Below are positions 8,276 to 17,964 of a stretch of 32,000 nt of DNA, piece after piece. The position numbers and the translations under genes were made by a program. The stretch lies in assembly GCA_002716355.1 (NCBI GenBank), contig PBAU01000010.1:90001-122000 (forward strand), given 5' to 3'. Under the pieces are notes generated by a model, which ran no database searches, was not told the origin of the DNA, and saw only the letters and a list, made by a program, of their open reading frames with translations. Numbering within the stretch: the stretch's first letter is position 1; every line of letters begins with the position of its first letter. The DNA is from a bacterium (lineage in GTDB: Bacteria > UBP7 > UBA6624).

Positions 8276-10579
8276 TTAAGAAAGAAGCAAGTCAATTAAT
8301 TCTTTTTTTGATAAAATTTCAGCATATTCTTTCTTTTCAAAATCACAACTTTCTAAAACCTTATGGAATAAATTCTTCTTTCTTTCTAAAATCGATAATA
8401 TCTTTTCTTCAACAGTATTTTCAGAAACTAGATGTATTGCTAAGACAGAATTTTTACTACCTATACGGTGAGCCCTAGCCACTCTTTGAGCAATTTTTGC
8501 TGGATTATACAAAAGTTCAAAATTTACAACAAGATCGACAAATTGTAAATTCAAGCCCGAAGATGCTGCATCAGTTGCTATAAAAATATTAATTTCAGAA
8601 TCATTTTTAAATTTATCAATGACTTGATCTCTGTTTTTTTGGTTAAGGGCCCCATGGTAAAAAACAGAATTTATATTTTTTTCACGTAAAAATTCGCCAA
8701 TTATTTTACCCATCCTGACCCACTGTGTAAAAATAATCATTTTTTTCCCTGGGCCAATATTTGCACTTTCAATAATTTCAATTAACTCTTTTAGCTTGTT
8801 TCCTACGCCCTGCTCCCCTAGCAGCTCTGGACATGTGCAAGCTTCCCTCATCCTCAAAATACCTTCCAGGGCATTCATTTGACCTTCATCTGACCTGTCT
8901 GACTCCCATGATTTATAAACTTTTTTAAAAATTTTTCGATAAAGTTTTTTTTGGCTAATTGACATTTTGACATAACGAACACTCTCAGTTAATTCAGGCA
9001 GCGAATCCAAAACTTCATCTTTTCTTCTTCTCAGAAAAACACCATTCATTTTCTTTCTCACTTCATCTATGTTCTTGACCTTAACAACAGAACCAAACCT
9101 ATCTAAAACCAAATACCTCTTTCTAAAACCAAATGGCGAGGGCCCAAAGACTGAGGGCTGTATCACCTTCATTATGGTGTAAAGTTCTTCAATTGAATTC
9201 TCTAGAGGGGTTCCTGAAAGCCCAAAGCAATACCTGAAAGCATACGAACTGATAATCTTGCTTGTTTTTGTTTTCCAGTTTTTTACTCTTTGGCATTCAT
9301 CCAAAACAATCAAACCATCTTTTACATATTCTTTAACTTCAATATCCCTTCTAAGCAATTCATAATTGACTATTTTTATATCAGCTGAAGACTTCCATAA
9401 CAACTGTCTTTTTTCAGGTTTTCCTCTTACAATTTCAACATTCCTACCTGTAAATTTGTTAAACTCACTTCTCCATTGAGTCCTTAAGCTTGCCGGCACA
9501 ACGATCAAAACCTTTAAATCAGGGTCTTTTCTTTTCATCTTTTCTATAGCCGCAATTGCCTGAACTGTTTTTCCTAAACCCATTTCATCACCCAGCAATG
9601 CCCTCTTCCTTATCGACAAAAACAATGCTCCTTTTTCCTGATAATCCAAAAGCGGCAAATTGATCATGCTGTTGTCAAATTTCTGATGGATTGCCTCATC
9701 ATCTGAAGCTAGGATCATTGCTGAAGGATGTATGTTAAATTTGACACTCAAAGCTTTAAGCTTTTTAGATAAAATTTTTAAAGACCTAGCTGAAGTTAAT
9801 AACGAAGATCCATTCAAGAAGGAATCACATATCTCTTTTATATCATTTGACATAAACTCCCTTGCCGGAAAAGCTTCAATTTGATTAAAAAACTTAACAG
9901 ATGGAGCAAAAGAAACCTTGTTTAAAGATGCAATTTTATTAATCTTCCAAGCTTTCTCACTGACCTCAACCCATGATCCTGCAAATTTCAAAGCCTCGAC
10001 TAACGGTTTTAAAAATAATGGATCAATTAAAATTTTTGCATTTGCATAGTCCGATATTACCAAAACATATTTTGACAACAGAGAAGAGTGGTAGTCAATT
10101 TGTATCTGATTATTTGATTCAAAAATTTTAACTAAGTTCTTTCTCTTGAACCTATCTAGAGCTTCTTTTCCGGAGGTGCTATACGTGACAACAACCCCTA
10201 AAGACCTCAAATCTAATAAAAATGACCCTAGTTTTAAAGGCTCTAGTATCCAGCCTTTTGGAGATATTTTTCTTATCAATCTTAAAATCCTTTTATCCTT
10301 ACCTCTATATCTAAAAATAATGCTTCCATTCTTAGAAGAATCTAAAATTACTGATTTTTGATTTTTAAAACCTTCAAAAGCCTTTATGCTCTTTTTCTCT
10401 ACAATCAAAACCCAATCAGCTTTCTTTAAAAAATCTCTAAAATCCCAAAAAAGATCTAGAACAACCTCATCACCTTGAAGAAATCTTTGGAACTCAGTCA
10501 GAAAACTTTTTGGAAGGCTTTTAAAATTTGACACCTTTGCTAAATCTTCTGATTGAAAAAAAATTTTAACTTTTTTCAT
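8276..10579 (-). CDS. SNF2-family ATP-dependent helicase/translocase with an uncharacterised ~300-aa N-terminal region
   Basis: 767 aa. Helicase motifs seen are LLGDEMGLGKT (I), VLDECQRVKN (II, DExQ), GLSGTPLENS (III), TDAASSGLNLQ (V) and QRVARAHRIGS (VI). I recognise no motif in residues 1-300. Confidence 0.85.
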   Translation of the reverse strand: MKKVKIFFQSEDLAKVSNFKSLPKSFLTEFQRFLQGDEVVLDLFWDFRDFLKKADWVLIVEKKSIKAFEGFKNQKSVILDSSKNGSIIFRYRGKDKRILRLIRKISPKGWILEPLKLGSFLLDLRSLGVVVTYSTSGKEALDRFKRKNLVKIFESNNQIQIDYHSSLLSKYVLVISDYANAKILIDPLFLKPLVEALKFAGSWVEVSEKAWKINKIASLNKVSFAPSVKFFNQIEAFPAREFMSNDIKEICDSFLNGSSLLTSARSLKILSKKLKALSVKFNIHPSAMILASDDEAIHQKFDNSMINLPLLDYQEKGALFLSIRKRALLGDEMGLGKTVQAIAAIEKMKRKDPDLKVLIVVPASLRTQWRSEFNKFTGRNVEIVRGKPEKRQLLWKSSADIKIVNYELLRRDIEVKEYVKDGLIVLDECQRVKNWKTKTSKIISSYAFRYCFGLSGTPLENSIEELYTIMKVIQPSVFGPSPFGFRKRYLVLDRFGSVVKVKNIDEVRKKMNGVFLRRRKDEVLDSLPELTESVRYVKMSISQKKLYRKIFKKVYKSWESDRSDEGQMNALEGILRMREACTCPELLGEQGVGNKLKELIEIIESANIGPGKKMIIFTQWVRMGKIIGEFLREKNINSVFYHGALNQKNRDQVIDKFKNDSEINIFIATDAASSGLNLQFVDLVVNFELLYNPAKIAQRVARAHRIGSKNSVLAIHLVSENTVEEKILSILERKKNLFHKVLESCDFEKKEYAEILSKKELIDLLLS

Positions 10580-10612
10580 ACTTTATTAAGAATATGATAG
10601 ATTGTAGTAAAC

Positions 10613-11758
10613 ATGACTTTAAAAATACCCTTTTGGAAGCATTCTTTAAAAAATATTGATTTTGAAAATGTTAAAAAAGCAATATCGAATAACCATATAA
10701 CATCTGGTCCAATATCAAAAAATGTTGAAGAAAAAATATCAAAATATCTTGATAGCAATTATGCAGTGTTAACCTCCTCATGCACAACGGCATTACAGGT
10801 TTCCCTAATGGCCATTGGTCTAAAAAAGAATGACGAAGTGATCACCACCCCAATGTCTTTTATAGCAACTTCAAATGCAATAATACTTGCAGGTGGAACT
10901 CCTAAATTCGTCGATGTAGACCCTTATACAGGCTTGATGGATTTAAAAAAACTAAAAAAATCAATTTCAAAAAAAACTAAAGCAATAATTCCAGTTCATC
11001 TTTATGGTCAAATGACGAATATAGAAGCAATAAAAAAAATAACAGCCAATCGTGACATAAAAATCATTGAGGATTCAGCGCATGCATTTGAAGCAAAAAT
11101 GAATGGCAAATCACCTGGTTCATTTTCATCCTCTTCAGCATTATCTTTCTATGCAACAAAAGCAATCACATGCGGAGAAGGTGGATGTTTGGTAACTAAT
11201 GAAAAAACAATTTACGAAAAAGCAAGAAAAATAATCCTTCATGGAATGGATAAAGCTCCTGCATCAAGAGGTTCTCGTTTTTATTCTCATTACGATATGC
11301 CAAATCTTGGAATGAAATGTAATCTAGATGATGTATCAGCGTCTTTGCTCATTGACCAAACTGAAGAAAAATGGATTAAAGAAAATCTTCAAAAAAGATG
11401 GTTATTGGATTCTAAATACCGTGAAAATCTAAATGGAATTGAACATTTCGGGATAACTCTTCATCCAACTTTGAAAAAAGAAGACTCGCCCTACCTTTTC
11501 ACGTTAAGAATACCAGAAAAAAGAGATCTTTTCATCAGGCGGCTAGAAGAAGCCGGAATTGGTATTGCCGTAAATTATAGACCTATACACCTTATGGAAT
11601 ACTATAAAAAAACATTCCATTATAAGAATGGGGATTTTCCAGAAGCTGAAAAAATCGGCAAGCAAACATTAACTATCCCATCTCATGGAAACCTAAAAGA
11701 TGATGAAATCAACTATATTTGTCAAAAAATAAAAAAAATAGCAAGTGAAGTCCTCTAG
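10613..11758 (+). CDS. DegT/DnrJ/EryC1/StrS-family PLP-dependent sugar aminotransferase
   Basis: 381 aa. Family pattern seen: ITSGP near the N-terminus, IIEDSAHAFEA, and SFYATKAITCGEGG (the PLP-lysine region). Confidence 0.85.
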   Translation: MTLKIPFWKHSLKNIDFENVKKAISNNHITSGPISKNVEEKISKYLDSNYAVLTSSCTTALQVSLMAIGLKKNDEVITTPMSFIATSNAIILAGGTPKFVDVDPYTGLMDLKKLKKSISKKTKAIIPVHLYGQMTNIEAIKKITANRDIKIIEDSAHAFEAKMNGKSPGSFSSSSALSFYATKAITCGEGGCLVTNEKTIYEKARKIILHGMDKAPASRGSRFYSHYDMPNLGMKCNLDDVSASLLIDQTEEKWIKENLQKRWLLDSKYRENLNGIEHFGITLHPTLKKEDSPYLFTLRIPEKRDLFIRRLEEAGIGIAVNYRPIHLMEYYKKTFHYKNGDFPEAEKIGKQTLTIPSHGNLKDDEINYICQKIKKIASEVL

Positions 11759-12998
11759 AAAAAAATTCAAAAATTTTAAAAGTTTTTTTGTGGTTGGCCA
11801 CTACCTTACACCAGTTTTAAGAAAAACAATTATAGAAATAATTAACGAATCAAAAAGATACCTAGAAGGCTCTGAATTAATATTAATCTATTGGTGGCCA
11901 GGTGTAGAAAAAAGCGAACTTGCAAAAGAAGCCTCAGAAAAAGGCATAACTGTCCATGAAATATGGATGGCAGGGCCAATAAATCAGGCAAAAATACATG
12001 GTTGGTATAAAAATCTCAATCACTATATCGACACAAACATAAAAGCTTTTTTAAAAATCCAAAAAATTTTTAGAAAAAATTCAAAATTTAATTGTGCATT
12101 AACTATATTCCATACTCCCTGGTACGCAGAATTTCTAGCACTTCTTGCAGCACGACCAAGAAAGTTAGCAGTTAAATTCTTCACATCCACAGAACCTTTT
12201 GTCCCAATTCATAAAAAAATTGCTCTTGCATTAAATTCAATATTTCTAAATAGGCTCATAGTAAACTCAAATGAAGCTAAAAAATTCGCAATGTCACTTG
12301 GACACATTTTTTCAAAAATATCAATTATGAGAAATATTGATATAGTTGCAAGACAATTTGATAAATACAAATCTGATGGCAATATAGTCAGAAAAGAATT
12401 CGGCATAGATGAAAAAGCAATCTTGGTTGGCTCTGTAAGCAGGCTTGATCCAACAAAAGGTCATAAAACTTTAATCAACTGCTGGAAAAAAGTTCAAGAA
12501 AGATTTCCTAAATCAAGATTGCTTATTGTTGGTGGATCAATATATGGAGAAAAAGATCCGTATCTAATCCAGCTCAAAAAAATTGTTAAAGATAGCAATC
12601 TAGAAGATTCTCTAGACTTTGCTGGTTTAAGGGAGAATGTAAATGATTTTTATGCAGCGATGGACATACTTGTACACCCATCTATATTCGATCTATTCCC
12701 ATTCACAATATTAGAGGCTCAAAGCATGAAAATCCCAGTAATATCGACAAAAGTAGGCACCATACCTCAAATGATTTCAAATGGAAAAGAAGGAATCTTG
12801 GTTGAAGAGGAAAATGAAAATGAATTAGCTGACGCAATTATTAAGTTGATAAAAAACAAAAATGAAAGAAAAATCATGGGTGAAAACGGATATAAAAGAA
12901 ACACAAAAACTTGGACTGCCGAAAGAGCAGCAAAATCATGCATTAATCTCTACAATGACGTAATTGAAAGAAAATGGACTAAAGATTACGAATGTTAA
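11745..12998 (+). CDS. Glycosyltransferase family 4 (GT-B fold)
   Basis: 417 aa. The C-terminal domain has VGSVSRLDPTKGH, LLIVGG and FPFTILEAQSMKIPVISTKVGTIPQMI...GILVE (an E-x7-E type motif). A GTG start overlaps the DegT gene by 14 nt. Confidence 0.8.
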   Translation: MKSSRKKFKNFKSFFVVGHYLTPVLRKTIIEIINESKRYLEGSELILIYWWPGVEKSELAKEASEKGITVHEIWMAGPINQAKIHGWYKNLNHYIDTNIKAFLKIQKIFRKNSKFNCALTIFHTPWYAEFLALLAARPRKLAVKFFTSTEPFVPIHKKIALALNSIFLNRLIVNSNEAKKFAMSLGHIFSKISIMRNIDIVARQFDKYKSDGNIVRKEFGIDEKAILVGSVSRLDPTKGHKTLINCWKKVQERFPKSRLLIVGGSIYGEKDPYLIQLKKIVKDSNLEDSLDFAGLRENVNDFYAAMDILVHPSIFDLFPFTILEAQSMKIPVISTKVGTIPQMISNGKEGILVEEENENELADAIIKLIKNKNERKIMGENGYKRNTKTWTAERAAKSCINLYNDVIERKWTKDYEC

Positions 12999-13954
12999 AA
13001 GAAATCAAAAAAATAGAAGATTTTAAAAATATTGAAAGTTTTGCAAAAAAAATATTAGCATCGCCTTATAGGTTTATAAAAGAATACCCCTCGCATGTCC
13101 ACCAAGAACATCTTTTGAAAAAATGGCAAAGTTCAATTGGGTCCGAAAAAAATCTTTTTTTGGTTTCTGAAGATTCAGTTTGCACGGTAGACCATTCCAT
13201 ATTTGATTCAGAAGCTTTTGGTAAAAAATCAGGAATTCTAAATCTTTTTCATTCGGTAAAAAAATCCCAAAAAGAATCAGACAAGTTGATCAAGGAAGCA
13301 ACAAGATGGGCAGATGAAAATAATTTTTCATTCCTGCAAACAAGAATTGATGCTCAAAACATAGTGGGCATTAGAGCTTTAGAAAATAACAAATTCAATT
13401 ATGCAGATATAGTTTTAAGAAGCATTTTCACATACGAAGAAGGAATTACGCATGAAATTTATGGGATAAAAAGCAAAACCAACGTCAGGCTTGCTGAAAA
13501 AAAAGACTTTGAAAAAATATTAAACATAGCAAAAAAAATATTCAAAAATTCAAGATTTCATAAAGATCCTAATTTTCCTGATGGTTTTGCTGAAAAAATT
13601 CATGAATCATGGGTCGAAAAATCTCTAAACCAGGAAAGGGGATTCTGTTTTGTATCAGAGGAGAATAATTCTTTATGCGGATTTTTTACAGCAGCTTTTG
13701 ATAATGAAATAAATGAACATAGTTCAGACAAACTCATTAGATTTGAATTATCAGCAGTCTTACCAATGAGAAGAGCATCAACTATATGGCTTGATCTTTT
13801 AAATGCTGTGGTTAGACATGGGTATTCAAAAGGTGGCAAATTTTTCGAGGGAAGACCTCAGGCTTATAATTACCAAATACTTCAAAGACAAATGAAAGTG
13901 CCTCCTAAATATTTAAAAGCGGAAATGGCGCTTCACAGGATGAAAAATAAATGA
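12992..13954 (+). CDS. WecD-like (TDP-amino-sugar) GNAT-type N-acetyltransferase, tentative
   Basis: 320 aa. FDSEAFGKKSGIL and NSRFHKDPNFPDGFAEKIHESWVEKS resemble the W-D-S-x-F-F-G and S-R-F-x-x-D-P blocks of WecD-type acetyltransferases. The gene sits next to a DegT aminotransferase. Assignment is by motif resemblance only. Confidence 0.45.
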   Translation: MLKEIKKIEDFKNIESFAKKILASPYRFIKEYPSHVHQEHLLKKWQSSIGSEKNLFLVSEDSVCTVDHSIFDSEAFGKKSGILNLFHSVKKSQKESDKLIKEATRWADENNFSFLQTRIDAQNIVGIRALENNKFNYADIVLRSIFTYEEGITHEIYGIKSKTNVRLAEKKDFEKILNIAKKIFKNSRFHKDPNFPDGFAEKIHESWVEKSLNQERGFCFVSEENNSLCGFFTAAFDNEINEHSSDKLIRFELSAVLPMRRASTIWLDLLNAVVRHGYSKGGKFFEGRPQAYNYQILQRQMKVPPKYLKAEMALHRMKNK

Positions 13955-15438
13955 AAAAATATGCAATATTATCAGTAACCAACAAAGAAAATTTAGAAAA
14001 CCTGGGTAAAGAACTTGTAAAAAATAATTTTTTAATATTCTCAAGTGGGGGAACAAGAAAATATCTAGAAAAACATGGTGTTGATGTTTGCTCTGTCTCT
14101 GAATTGACTACATTTCCTGAAATATTAGATGGCAGAGTGAAAACACTTCATCCAAAAGTTTTTGGTGGGATACTTGCAGATGTAACTAATAAAAAACATA
14201 TAAAAGAAATGAACGAAAATCAAATAAACAGAATTGATATGGTTGTTGTTAATTTCTATAACTTTTCAGAAGGAAAAAACAAAGAATTCTCTAAAGCGAT
14301 TGAATCAATAGATATTGGTGGCCCAAGCATGGTTAGAGCTGCAGCAAAAAATCATCAAAATTGTTTAGTTGTAACAGATCCAAAGGATTATGAAGAAGTT
14401 ATAAAAAATTTAGATAAAGGTTTTGATTCCGAAATAAGAAAAAGATATGCTGCAAAAGCCTTTGAAAAAACTGCAAAACTTGATCTTGACATCTCAGAAT
14501 GGATGAACAAGGGAGGCAAAGAATCTGAATTTGCTCTAGAAGGAGAATGGGAAGAATTAAGATATGGTGAAAACCCTCATCAAAAAGCAGCTGTTTTAAT
14601 TTCAAAAAACCTTAAAAAAGAACAAATACAACATCAAGGAAAAGAACTTTCTTACAATAATTATCTAGACATTGATGCTGCTCTAAGGATTTGCAAATCT
14701 CTCCCTTCTGATGGTTCGGTAGTTGTCAAGCATACAAATCCAACTGGAGTTGCACTTAACAATAATTTAAGACAATCAATGGAGGATGCTTGGAATGGAG
14801 ACCCAAGAGCAGCTTTTGGCTCTGTTATAGCAGTAAAACCAAGATTGGACCGAGAAACAGCTAAATATCTGTCTGATTTCTTTGTTGAGGTTATAGTTAC
14901 ACCTTTTGTGGAAAAAGAAGCCCTTGAGATATTAAGCGAAAAGAAAAATCTAAGAATTATCACAATGCCTCTTCTTGAGCGAGAAAAATGGTCACTAAAA
15001 ACCTTATCAGGCATAACCCTTCGTCAAGATAATGATAAAAAAACTACATCTCCAAAAGATTGGTCTTGGCATGGACCTAAAGCTGACAGTAAAACAGTTT
15101 CGGACCTACATTTAGCAAACATTATTGTTAAAGAAATGAAGTCAAATGCAATATGTCTGGTAAAAAATGGTGTGATGATTGGAGGTGGAGCTGGTAGCAC
15201 AAGCAGAGTTGGAGCTCTAGAAACTGCACTTTCAGTTTCTGGTAAAAAATCACATCAATCAGTCATGTCTTCAGATGCTTTTTTTCCCTTCAGAGACTCA
15301 ATAGATCTAGCTGCCAAGCATGGAGTAAAAGCAATTGTCCAACCAGGGGGATCAATTAGAGATGATGAAGTTATCCGAGCTTCTGAAGAAAATAATATAT
15401 CCCTAGCACTGACTGGAACCAGGCATTTTAATCACTAA
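13951..15438 (+). CDS. purH: Bifunctional AICAR transformylase / IMP cyclohydrolase
   Basis: 495 aa with an MGS-like N-terminal domain (ILSVTNKENL, SSGGTRKYL, RVKTLHPKVFGGIL), a DIGGPSMVRAAAKNH block, and a C-terminal TGTRHFNH. An ATGA overlap links it to the upstream gene. Confidence 0.92.
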   Translation: MKKYAILSVTNKENLENLGKELVKNNFLIFSSGGTRKYLEKHGVDVCSVSELTTFPEILDGRVKTLHPKVFGGILADVTNKKHIKEMNENQINRIDMVVVNFYNFSEGKNKEFSKAIESIDIGGPSMVRAAAKNHQNCLVVTDPKDYEEVIKNLDKGFDSEIRKRYAAKAFEKTAKLDLDISEWMNKGGKESEFALEGEWEELRYGENPHQKAAVLISKNLKKEQIQHQGKELSYNNYLDIDAALRICKSLPSDGSVVVKHTNPTGVALNNNLRQSMEDAWNGDPRAAFGSVIAVKPRLDRETAKYLSDFFVEVIVTPFVEKEALEILSEKKNLRIITMPLLEREKWSLKTLSGITLRQDNDKKTTSPKDWSWHGPKADSKTVSDLHLANIIVKEMKSNAICLVKNGVMIGGGAGSTSRVGALETALSVSGKKSHQSVMSSDAFFPFRDSIDLAAKHGVKAIVQPGGSIRDDEVIRASEENNISLALTGTRHFNH

Positions 15439-15458
15439 AAATTTATATAATATAAACC

Positions 15459-15965
15459 ATGAAAGTTCAAGGAAATGTATTTAAGTTTGAAGATAACATA
15501 GATACTGACATCATTATTCCAGCAAGATATTGCTCAAGCTATCAAAAAGAAGATTTAACTCCACATTGCATGGAGGGTCATCCTGAATGGACAGACGGAT
15601 CTTTTGCGAAGCAAGTAAAACAAGGTGATATTATTGTTGCAGGTGAAAATTTTGGTTGTGGATCATCAAGAGAAGTAGCTCCATTATGCATAAAATGGTC
15701 TGGGGTATCACTTGTTATAGCAAACTCATTTGCAAGGATTTTTTATAGAAATTCAATCAACATAGGGCTTCCAATTCTTGTTTGCAAAGAAATGGTTGAA
15801 ATTACTGATCACAGCGATGAGATAAAAGCAAATTTAAGAACAGGTAAAATTACGAATATAACTAAAAACAAAAAATTTTCAGCAGAACCGTTTCCAAAAT
15901 TTATTGAAGAAATAATTAAATCTGGCGGTTTGATAAACTGGATTAAAGATCAAGGTTTAACATAA
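15459..15965 (+). CDS. leuD: 3-isopropylmalate/(homo)aconitate dehydratase small subunit, short type
   Basis: 168 aa with DNIDTDIIIPARY, GENFGCGSSRE and SFARIFYRNSINIGLP. Confidence 0.85.
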   Translation: MKVQGNVFKFEDNIDTDIIIPARYCSSYQKEDLTPHCMEGHPEWTDGSFAKQVKQGDIIVAGENFGCGSSREVAPLCIKWSGVSLVIANSFARIFYRNSINIGLPILVCKEMVEITDHSDEIKANLRTGKITNITKNKKFSAEPFPKFIEEIIKSGGLINWIKDQGLT

Positions 15966-15967
15966 TT

Positions 15968-17188
15968 TTGAAAAAATCAAATAATCTAATTTTTGATTGG
16001 AATAAAAAAAACACTAACTTCTTTCCAGAAAAAACTCCTCAACTTGATGATGAAACATTAAGAGATGGACTACAAAGCCCTTCTGTAAAAACACCCACAA
16101 TGGAAGAAAAGATAAAAATAATACATCTAATTAATGATTTAGGAATTGAATCTGCAAACATCGGGCTTCCTGGGGCTGGAAAACATGTAGAAGATTCAGC
16201 CTTAAAATTGGCGCAAGAAATATCTAATCAAAAATTAAACATCTATCCGAATTGCGCTGCAAGAACATTAAGAATAGATGTTGAACCTGTGATAAGAATA
16301 CAACAAAAAACAGGATTAAAAATGGAAGTTAGCACATTTATTGGATCCTCCCCTATTAGACAGTATGCAGAAGGCTGGACTATAGATAAAATGCTCAAAG
16401 ATACTGAAGATTCAGTTTCGTTTGCAATTGAAAATGGATTAGATGTAATGTATGTTACCGAAGACACAACAAGAGCAGATCCGGAAGACCTCAAAAAACT
16501 TTATAGGGCAGCTATAGAATGCGGTGCAAAACGAGTAACAATCTGCGACACTGTTGGCCATGCAACCCCCCAGGGAGTAAAGGCCTTGGTGAGCTTTATA
16601 AGAAATTTTGTAGACAATATCGAAAATGGGATACAAGTTGATTGGCATGGCCATAGAGATAGAGGTCTTGATATGCCAAATACATTAGCAGCTATTGAAG
16701 CTGGAGCAGACAGAGTTCACGGAACTGCTTTAGGGATCGGAGAAAGGGTTGGAAACACACCAATAGATCAACTTCTAGTAAATTTTCAACTTCTTGGGTG
16801 GATAGACAGGGACCTTTCAAAACTTTCAGAATATGTCAAGACAGTTAGTGATGCCACAGGTGTTCCAATACCTAAAGGTTATCCAGTAATTGGTGAGGAT
16901 GCCTTTAGAACAGGAACAGGCGTTCATGCTGCAGCGGTTATCAAAGCCTTGAAGAAAGGTGACAACTGGCTAGCTGACAGAGTATATAGTGGTGTTCCAG
17001 CAGCAAATTTCGGCTTAAAACAAAAAATTGAAATCGGACCAATGAGCGGAAAATCAAATATCATATTCTGGTTACGGGAAAATGGTTACGAAGAAGACGA
17101 AACAATAATTGAAGCTATATTTCAAACAGCAAAAAAATCAAAAAAAATACTTGCTGAAAAAGAAATTCATAAACTAGCATCTTCATGA
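15968..17188 (+). CDS. LeuA-family (2-isopropylmalate / homocitrate / citramalate synthase-like) HMGL-domain enzyme lacking the C-terminal regulatory domain
   Basis: 406 aa with a TTG start. Motifs seen are DDETLRDGLQSPS, IGLPGAG, DWHGHRDRGL and HGTALGIGERVGNTP. The length leaves no room for a LeuA_dimer domain. Confidence 0.7.
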   Translation: MKKSNNLIFDWNKKNTNFFPEKTPQLDDETLRDGLQSPSVKTPTMEEKIKIIHLINDLGIESANIGLPGAGKHVEDSALKLAQEISNQKLNIYPNCAARTLRIDVEPVIRIQQKTGLKMEVSTFIGSSPIRQYAEGWTIDKMLKDTEDSVSFAIENGLDVMYVTEDTTRADPEDLKKLYRAAIECGAKRVTICDTVGHATPQGVKALVSFIRNFVDNIENGIQVDWHGHRDRGLDMPNTLAAIEAGADRVHGTALGIGERVGNTPIDQLLVNFQLLGWIDRDLSKLSEYVKTVSDATGVPIPKGYPVIGEDAFRTGTGVHAAAVIKALKKGDNWLADRVYSGVPAANFGLKQKIEIGPMSGKSNIIFWLRENGYEEDETIIEAIFQTAKKSKKILAEKEIHKLASS

Positions 17189-17964
17189 TTTTTTTAACAC
17201 TTTTAATATTCTTTCAAGAAAACCTCATACCCGAAAAATTCAAAGAGCCATCAGGTTTGGCATATTCCGAAAAAAGAAAAACTATTTTTGTTGTAGGGGA
17301 TGAAGGCCATATTGCTGAATTAGACAAAGATGGAAAACTTATAAAAATGAAAAAAATGCCGGGAGACTCTTGCGAACGAGACTTTGAGGCAGTATCAATT
17401 GATCCAAGAAACAACAATTTACTAATCATGAGAGAGCCTTTATGGGAAATAATTTCAGTTAATCCGGAAAGTTTTGAAATTGAATTCACATACAAACTTC
17501 CTGGAGCACCATCAAACTGCAAAGATGAAGACTGGGGGCTTGAAGCGTTAACCGTTATCGGTAATGATGAAGGAAAAGATGGTTGGCTAAAAGTGTTAGC
17601 TGGAAAACAAAGGTATCCTGCAGCAATTTATGAATTCTCAATTCCTCTAGAGGGAAATGAGGATCCGACACTGAATAAAGAGCATAAACTCAAAATTGAA
17701 TCTATTTCTGACCTATATTACGAAAAAGAAACTAATAATTTATGGATTTTAGATTCATGGCTAATCCAAAGAATGCTCACTGCAGGTGGTTTTCATGGAA
17801 GACTGTTTCTTTTTAAAGATTATAAAAAAATAAAAACTTGGCATCTACCTTTCCCTTTATCAGAAGGAATATCATTTACTCCAAGTGGTGATCTCTGGGT
17901 AGCAGATGATACAGGCGGGATTTATCTATTTAAAAAATGGAAAGAAAAAAATCTTAATTTTTAA
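17185..17964 (+). CDS. SdiA-regulated/YjiK-like beta-propeller domain protein, tentative
   Basis: 259 aa. EPSGLAYSEKRKTIFVVGDEGHIAELDKDGKLI and later EGISFTPSGDLWVADD resemble the YjiK (PF06977-type) repeat pattern. An ATGA overlap links it to the upstream gene. Confidence 0.5.
   Translation: MIFLTLLIFFQENLIPEKFKEPSGLAYSEKRKTIFVVGDEGHIAELDKDGKLIKMKKMPGDSCERDFEAVSIDPRNNNLLIMREPLWEIISVNPESFEIEFTYKLPGAPSNCKDEDWGLEALTVIGNDEGKDGWLKVLAGKQRYPAAIYEFSIPLEGNEDPTLNKEHKLKIESISDLYYEKETNNLWILDSWLIQRMLTAGGFHGRLFLFKDYKKIKTWHLPFPLSEGISFTPSGDLWVADDTGGIYLFKKWKEKNLNF

Noticed and set aside
8276-10579. SNF2 helicase as part of a phage-defence system (DISARM/BREX/Zorya-like).
   Set aside because: No methyltransferase, nuclease, PLD, DUF1998 or other partner genes are adjacent. 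The flanks are a secreted protease and sugar and purine metabolism genes.
10580-10612. Divergent promoter region between the SNF2 and DegT genes.
   Set aside because: At 33 nt the gap cannot hold two full promoters, and I could not identify convincing -35/-10 hexamers. The promoters probably lie within the coding regions, so no feature was called.
14661-15014. 117-aa antisense ORF inside purH. Similar antisense ORFs occur at 17214-17522, 16243-16654, 25052-25734 and 30337-30705.
   Set aside because: All are embedded in well-supported conserved genes on the other strand. Long antisense ORFs are expected by chance in AT-rich coding DNA with biased codon use.
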